Shown piece by piece: positions 58,299 through 64,000 of a DNA stretch of 64,000 nucleotides. The notes below the pieces were generated by a model, which was given only the letters and a program-made list of their open reading frames with translations, searched no databases and had not been told where the DNA came from. This DNA is from a virus (taxonomy: Duplodnaviria; Caudoviricetes). The position numbers were made by a program, and so were the translations under genes. The stretch's first letter is position 1, and each line of letters opens with the position of its first letter. The stretch lies in IMG/VR virus record IMGVR_UViG_3300026549_000029, positions 1-64,000 of that record, one strand, 5' to 3'.

Positions 58299-58607
58299 AT
58301 GAATAATACATATGGTGATTTATTATCTATTACTGAAGATGAAGAGAAAAAAGATAATGATAATAGGCAACTTAAATCAAGTATGGAAGATATTATGATT
58401 GATCTTCATAATAATTGTGAATTTATAGGTGGTAAACTTGCAAATATCACAGAATTAATTAAGACTACTGCTGATGAAGAGATAAAAGCTTCTACTAAAA
58501 ACTATAGAAAAGCTTATGATACTCTTATGAAAGTTGCTATTATTATTGGCGTTACTAATATAACTATCATTATATTACTTGCATCATTGCTTATCAATCA
58601 AATTTAA
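58299..58607 (+). CDS. coiled-coil protein with C-terminal TM anchor
   Basis: C-terminal VAIIIGVTNITIIILLASLLI. Confidence 0.65.
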   Translation: MNNTYGDLLSITEDEEKKDNDNRQLKSSMEDIMIDLHNNCEFIGGKLANITELIKTTADEEIKASTKNYRKAYDTLMKVAIIIGVTNITIIILLASLLINQI

Positions 58608-58630
58608 AATATATATTGGAGGAAATATAA

Positions 58631-59143
58631 ATGAATGAAGAAATTAAAAATGAAGTCAGCACAAATGAAGAAATGTCTACAAATAATCAGCAAGAAGAAT
58701 CAGATAATAATATTTACACCGATGGAACTTTGAATCTTAATATGTCTGGTATTGGTAATGCATCTGATTCTGATATTGTTGATGCACATGGAAAACATAT
58801 TGGTGATGATGAGGAAAATATTCCAGATACTCCTAGTTTTAGTGATGGTTTATCTGGAGAAGCAGATACTATCGATGATTATCCGAATCAAAATACTACC
58901 AATTTTCCCAATTATATGGAGCTTTTTAATACATATAAACAACTTTTTGAAAATCTTACTGATGATGTAGAAAATATTAATAAAAAAATTAATAGAATTA
59001 CAGAAGTTATAGATAAGGATAATAAAGAAACTAATGCCGCTATTAAAGCTACTCAGATTTATTCTAAATTATTTACTAAACTTAGTATGGGCATTAATAT
59101 AATTCTTATTATTCTTATCATTATTTTATTTATTATTAAATAA
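58631..59143 (+). CDS. acidic/coiled-coil protein with C-terminal TM anchor
   Basis: C-terminal MGINIILIILIIILFII. Confidence 0.65.
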   Translation: MNEEIKNEVSTNEEMSTNNQQEESDNNIYTDGTLNLNMSGIGNASDSDIVDAHGKHIGDDEENIPDTPSFSDGLSGEADTIDDYPNQNTTNFPNYMELFNTYKQLFENLTDDVENINKKINRITEVIDKDNKETNAAIKATQIYSKLFTKLSMGINIILIILIIILFIIK

Positions 59144-59160
59144 TAAGGGAAAATAATAAT

Positions 59161-59505
59161 ATGAGATTTGTTGCTATAGAATATAAAGATGGTAATAATA
59201 ATACTGATGTGAAAGGCTATTTAAGAATACCTGATAATATGCCACCTAATTGGGCTAATGGATATAGAAAATATTTAAAAGATGTAAAAAAAGTAAAAGA
59301 TTCTATTGATATTTATCCTTTGAATATTCATCTTAATAGTGATACTATGGGTAAACCCCCTACTGGATATGTAAATCTTGAAGATGATTTTAATCTTGCT
59401 TTAAGATCTACTAAGTATTATCCTATAGTACCTTATGAAGCTACTAGAAGAGCTTGGTCTATGATGGACCCAATGAGTCCTGACTTTGTTCCAAAAGAGA
59501 GGTAA
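59161..59505 (+). CDS. hypothetical protein
   Basis: ORF with SD. Confidence 0.6.
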   Translation: MRFVAIEYKDGNNNTDVKGYLRIPDNMPPNWANGYRKYLKDVKKVKDSIDIYPLNIHLNSDTMGKPPTGYVNLEDDFNLALRSTKYYPIVPYEATRRAWSMMDPMSPDFVPKER

Positions 59506-59572
59506 ATAGAATATTATATTTATCTTAACTATCTTATACTTTTTGATATAAAAGAGAGATGGTATTTTAATT

Positions 59573-61462
59573 ATGAATATTAGACGAGCATCTAATTATA
59601 AAAATCTTGAAAATAAAAAAGAGAAATTAACTCAATTATTTGATATAAAAACTTTGGATTTATACTGTAGATATATTATATCTAGAAATTCTAATATTAA
59701 AATGTCAAGTTTAATATTAGTAAAAAATTTATTTGATAAGGTATTAATTTCAGATTATGGAAGTGATACTGAAAGAGTAAAAAGAATTAATTTTATTAAA
59801 AAGGGTTTAGAAGCTAGAGTTGATAAACATCTTAAAGATAAAGATTTAATTATACAATATATAAATGGTGGTATTGGAGCAGAAGATTTATTAGATACAT
59901 CTGGATATGAAGAAATATCTGATGATGAATTAGCTTATATAAATAATGAATCTTGTTCCTTATCAGAAACATATTTTGTAGATGGAGATTTTAATGAAAT
60001 TGTAAGATTAGCTACAGATTTGCATAATAATACTGGAGTTAATAGAGCAAATACAATAAATGAAATTAAATATTTAATTCAAAAATTAAATTCTGGTTTT
60101 AATAAATTTGAAAGTGGTAAAAATATTGAATCAGAATTTAGTTTATATGATGATACTTTTGATAATACTTTTAGAGATATATTTTCAAAAGAGACTAGTC
60201 CATCTAGAATATTAAAAACAGGGTTATCTGGATTGAATCAAATGTTAAATGGTGGGTTTCAATCTGGTAGAGTATATATATTCTTTGGAACTGCTGCTAC
60301 TGGTAAATCATTCTTTGTATTGGATATAGCAATGCAGATTTCAAAATATAATTATATGTATAAAACTAAAGATCCAACCAAACAACCTTGTGTAATAATA
60401 TTAACGATGGAAAACTCTGTAAGAGAAAATGTGTCCAGAATGTTTACTATGATTACTGGTGAAGTAATGGCTGAACATACTCAATATGATGAAGCCAATA
60501 TGTTATTTAAAAATGCACTTGAAGCATATTCCGGACACAGAGAAGTAGATTTATTTATGGAATATCAACCTAATTTATCTCAGTCAACAAATTATTTATA
60601 TGCCCTTGTAGATAAAGTAAAATCTCAAAATAAAGAACCGATATGTATTATTATAGATCATATTAAAAGAATAAGATCTATAGATCCTGCGAAAGATATG
60701 AGATTAGATTTAGGTAATATAGTAAATGAATTTAAAGCATTTGCAAATATTCAAGATATTCCTATTATAACAATATCCCACTTAAATAGAGAAGCTGCAA
60801 AGAATATTGGTGAGAATAAAAATAAAAAAGATATTATCAGAAGTCTAGGGGTAAATAATGTTTCAGATTCATTATTGATGATAGATAACTGTGATATTGG
60901 TGTTATTTTAAATAAAGAAACTGATTCTAAAGGAAATTATTATATGGGATTTAGTTCTATTAAATCAAGAACTAAATGTGATGTTGAATTATTCTTTCAA
61001 CCATTTATGGAACATCATGGTCTTAAACTTATTGAGGATGCATATAGTCAATATCCTGCTTATAGATGGACTCTTATTGATAAAGAAGCAGGACCTTTAA
61101 GGATTAATAATAATGATTATGTAAAAACAGCTTCAAGGAGAATAGATGATGATGAGGATATGTTTTCAAGTAATAATATTGCTAGAGATGATAGTATTAC
61201 TATAGAAGATATAGATAATTCAAATGTTGTTGGATTACAAGTACAACCTCAGATTCAGCAACCTCAGCCATATAATAATTTTGAAATTCAACAACCAATA
61301 TTAGATTTACAACCATTACCAATACCAACAGAAGAAATGACAACCTGGGAACAAGAACTAGTTAATTTAAAATATAATACAGATGCTGTAGCAGTATTTA
61401 GTATATTGAATGATGATGGTATTGTTATTGGTGATAGTGTTGAAATGTTTACTGCTGAGTAA
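59573..61462 (+). CDS. dnaB: DnaB-like replicative helicase
   Basis: TGLSGLNQML.GG, Walker A GTAATGKS, TME, IIDHI, SHLNR. Confidence 0.88.
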   Translation: MNIRRASNYKNLENKKEKLTQLFDIKTLDLYCRYIISRNSNIKMSSLILVKNLFDKVLISDYGSDTERVKRINFIKKGLEARVDKHLKDKDLIIQYINGGIGAEDLLDTSGYEEISDDELAYINNESCSLSETYFVDGDFNEIVRLATDLHNNTGVNRANTINEIKYLIQKLNSGFNKFESGKNIESEFSLYDDTFDNTFRDIFSKETSPSRILKTGLSGLNQMLNGGFQSGRVYIFFGTAATGKSFFVLDIAMQISKYNYMYKTKDPTKQPCVIILTMENSVRENVSRMFTMITGEVMAEHTQYDEANMLFKNALEAYSGHREVDLFMEYQPNLSQSTNYLYALVDKVKSQNKEPICIIIDHIKRIRSIDPAKDMRLDLGNIVNEFKAFANIQDIPIITISHLNREAAKNIGENKNKKDIIRSLGVNNVSDSLLMIDNCDIGVILNKETDSKGNYYMGFSSIKSRTKCDVELFFQPFMEHHGLKLIEDAYSQYPAYRWTLIDKEAGPLRINNNDYVKTASRRIDDDEDMFSSNNIARDDSITIEDIDNSNVVGLQVQPQIQQPQPYNNFEIQQPILDLQPLPIPTEEMTTWEQELVNLKYNTDAVAVFSILNDDGIVIGDSVEMFTAE

Positions 61463-61512
61463 AAATAAATACAGTGGTAGGATATTCCTACCACTGTATA
61501 TTCTATTTATTT

Positions 61513-61983
61513 TTATTCTGTCCAGATATTATTTCCATCGTTATTTTTAAAGTCTTTCTTTAATTTGGATTTATTTTTATTTATATAATCCTCATTAATA
61601 GCACCTATTCTATTAATGATAGTAGTTAATTCATTATATCTTAATACTCTTATTTTATTATAATCAAACTCTTTAGGATCTATAATACCATTAAGCATCA
61701 TTATAATAAAAGCCATTTCTCTAGTACCATATAAATCATAAGCAAATAAGTATGGCTTATATTTATATCTAATTCTTTCCACATCTGTTAATTTTATAAA
61801 TACAGATAAATCCCTTAATTCTTCTTCATAATCATACAAGACATTTGTGATGAACATATCATAACCATTCAAGTATTCTACTATAGAAAAATTATAGTAA
61901 GTAATTTCATCTGAATTTCTCATAGCAATAAAATCTTGAACAGTGATAGTTTCATCAGACTTCATTGTTGTATATGTAGCCAT
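61513..61983 (-). CDS. baseplate wedge protein (T4 gp53/LysM-like)
   Basis: YKYKPYLFAYDLYGT...IMMLNGI.DP..F. Confidence 0.65.
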   Translation of the reverse strand: MATYTTMKSDETITVQDFIAMRNSDEITYYNFSIVEYLNGYDMFITNVLYDYEEELRDLSVFIKLTDVERIRYKYKPYLFAYDLYGTREMAFIIMMLNGIIDPKEFDYNKIRVLRYNELTTIINRIGAINEDYINKNKSKLKKDFKNNDGNNIWTE

Positions 61984-62420
61984 TATTCTATCACTCCTAT
62001 AACAACTGGATTATCATAATTTCCTGCTAAATTAGAAACTAAGAATTTTTGTCCTTTATAATATTCTACTCTTGTTATAGTAGCATTATTAGTAGATGAT
62101 TCATCTCCACCTGGATGATAAACTGAAATATTTGTAATATAAAATAAATGTCTAGGTACTTTTAATTCTACATAATTTGATGTAGTGATTGCAGATACAC
62201 CTAAACTTAATTGGTCTCTATTGATAACATTACTAGCACTCTGTCTAGGTAATTGTGTATCATATTCAGATTTAGATACATTAGGTGTTAAATATGACAT
62301 AACAAATTTACCAATATTATTTTCAAAAGTGACTTTATCACTTATTAATTCCACATAATGTAATCCAAGCATATTTGCTTTATTATTAGCAAAATTACTT
62401 TTCATTACAGTACTATCCAT
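61983..62420 (-). CDS. putative baseplate/spike-associated protein
   Basis: Late promoter; KGQKFLV...GNYDNPVVIG resembles the end of a gp5-type OB fold. Confidence 0.45.
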   Translation of the reverse strand: MDSTVMKSNFANNKANMLGLHYVELISDKVTFENNIGKFVMSYLTPNVSKSEYDTQLPRQSASNVINRDQLSLGVSAITTSNYVELKVPRHLFYITNISVYHPGGDESSTNNATITRVEYYKGQKFLVSNLAGNYDNPVVIGVIE

Positions 62421-62498
62421 ACTAATATCTCCATTTAATAATTATATAGAAGTTTCGGAATACTAAAATCATAAACGGTAAGATATTATAATAATGAT

Positions 62499-62717
62499 AT
62501 GGAAAATATAAGAAAAGAGGTTAAAAAACAAATGAGTATTAAAAAATGGAAAGTAATAGCCGAATTAGATTGGTGTGCTAATAATTTTAACAGTTGTATT
62601 GTAGAAGCTAATACAGAAAGGAAAGCTAGAATTATGGCTGAAAAATATTTCAAAAAGAAAATGAAAGCTTTTGCAATAAATATTCAAGATATTGAATTAA
62701 TTAATGAGGAGGTTTAA
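62499..62717 (+). CDS. hypothetical early protein
   Basis: Early motif upstream; VEA.TE..A pattern. Confidence 0.55.
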   Translation: MENIRKEVKKQMSIKKWKVIAELDWCANNFNSCIVEANTERKARIMAEKYFKKKMKAFAINIQDIELINEEV

Positions 62718-62719
62718 TA

Positions 62720-63136
62720 ATGAAAGTTAACATAGATATTTTTAATAAAGATAGTATACCTAAAGAAATTTATGATATTATCAAAAAATTTGAAGATGAT
62801 TTTGATGAACTTATTCATTATGATAAAATTTCTATAAATAATTATATGGATAATAAAAAAGAATATTTTAATGAATATATAAAAATTCGTTCTAAAAATC
62901 ATACATTAATTTATACATATTCTAAAACATATAAAATGAATTCTATTTGTAGAGAAAATAATTTTACAAAATATTCTTATCTAAATCATCATTATATATA
63001 TAATAATGATTTAGTTAACAAAACTAAAGAAAATAATATAGATAATTCTACATGCACAACATATGCTTCAACTAATGCACCTTTATATGTACCTATTGCA
63101 GAATATAGTTTTAATATAAGCCGTGTAATAATGTAA
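62720..63136 (+). CDS. hypothetical protein
   Basis: GGAGG SD. Confidence 0.55.
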   Translation: MKVNIDIFNKDSIPKEIYDIIKKFEDDFDELIHYDKISINNYMDNKKEYFNEYIKIRSKNHTLIYTYSKTYKMNSICRENNFTKYSYLNHHYIYNNDLVNKTKENNIDNSTCTTYASTNAPLYVPIAEYSFNISRVIM

Positions 63137-63154
63137 ATCGAAAGAAGGTTAAAA

Positions 63155-63646
63155 ATGTTTAATGATAAAGATGTAGCAGATATTACTAGAAATTTATTAA
63201 TCGCTTTAGGTATAGAAATACAAAAAGGTAGTAATATTTTATTTTATCAAGAATCTAAAAATACTATATTCTTTGATAATCATCCTGTAAAAGCTAATAT
63301 AGATTCTAACTCTGCTTTATTTATAGATAAGGATGATGTTAGATTTAATCCAATTGATCCTAGATGTACTAAATTAATGGATAGATTCTTTGCTAGATAT
63401 TTAGAAGATTCCAGTGAAGAGGGTAATCTTCCTGTTTGTTCTACTTATTTCTTTGATAAAGATAAAGATACAGGAAATTATATGCTTCATGTAAGATTTG
63501 AAGATGGATCTGAATATAAAGGAAATTGGTATATTAATAAAATAATATGTCTTATTGAAGCTGTATTTAGCTTAGATGGAACATTTGCTGATATTAATCT
63601 CAGACCTTATGATTTAGATCAATCAGAATGGATAGATGATGAATAA
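63155..63646 (+). CDS. hypothetical protein
   Basis: 163 aa ORF. Confidence 0.65.
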   Translation: MFNDKDVADITRNLLIALGIEIQKGSNILFYQESKNTIFFDNHPVKANIDSNSALFIDKDDVRFNPIDPRCTKLMDRFFARYLEDSSEEGNLPVCSTYFFDKDKDTGNYMLHVRFEDGSEYKGNWYINKIICLIEAVFSLDGTFADINLRPYDLDQSEWIDDE

Positions 63647-64000
63647 TATCATTTTAAATCAAGGACAACAGAAGATTTATGATGCTGCTATACAGTGGTA
63701 TTATAAATCTTCTAATCCTTTATTTCAAATAGCTTCTGAAGCAGGTTGTGGTAAGAGTGTATTAGTTGCAGAAATAGTAAATGGTCTTGGTTTAAGAGAA
63801 GATCAAATATTACCTATGGCCTATACTGGTCAAGCAGCTATGGTAATGAGATTACATGGTTTAACAAATGCATGTACTTGCCATTCTGGATTATTTATTC
63901 CTATTCAAGTTAAAGATACTGATGGAGAAGGAAATTATATTATAGATACAAGATTCAATACTGTAGTTTATAAATGGAAATTTATTCCTAAAGATTTTAC
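63639..64000 (+). CDS. Dda/RecD-like SF1 helicase (5' part, runs off the window)
   Basis: LNQGQQ...SEAGCGKS...MAYTGQAA...ACTCHS. Confidence 0.8.
   Translation, partial: MNNIILNQGQQKIYDAAIQWYYKSSNPLFQIASEAGCGKSVLVAEIVNGLGLREDQILPMAYTGQAAMVMRLHGLTNACTCHSGLFIPIQVKDTDGEGNYIIDTRFNTVVYKWKFIPKDF

Noticed and set aside
1-64000. Phage nucleus (chimallin/PhuZ) genes
   Set aside because: No tubulin signature or recognisable chimallin in this window; cannot be judged from this segment

Overview
A 64 kb, very AT-rich, gene-dense segment of a jumbo myophage genome of the phiKZ/AR9(PBS1)-like type, read in standard genetic code 11. The GH25 endolysin with cell-wall-binding repeats and the surface-repeat proteins suggest a Firmicute host (Clostridia/Lachnospiraceae-like). 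Recognisable genes include a multisubunit RNA polymerase beta-prime N-terminal subunit, UvsX/RecA, DnaB-like and Dda/RecD-like helicases, SbcD, a flap/RNase H-like nuclease, dCMP deaminase, a T4 gp21-like prohead protease, baseplate and tail-fibre genes, an endolysin, a putative holin and five tRNAs. Features the ORF track does not explain: (1) the RNAP gene is split by two tandem ORF-less group I introns around a 16-nt micro-exon, and splicing restores NRNPTISYGSILCM...ADFDGD; (2) a 2.6 kb RNA island holds three large, highly base-paired, unassigned ncRNA candidates among tRNAs, two of which plus a tRNA remnant carry C33; (3) a candidate protease-processed virion cargo system, with MAIF...E leaders and a polyprotein whose nuclease, GNAT and kinase modules are bounded by hydrophobic-x-E motifs; (4) a hidden -1 frameshift extension of a tail/baseplate chaperone; (5) two promoter classes, TATATTATAA and AAC[AT]-N6-TAAT; (6) local GC-rich recoding over catalytic motifs. 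All protein family calls come from motif recognition by eye; no database searches were run.
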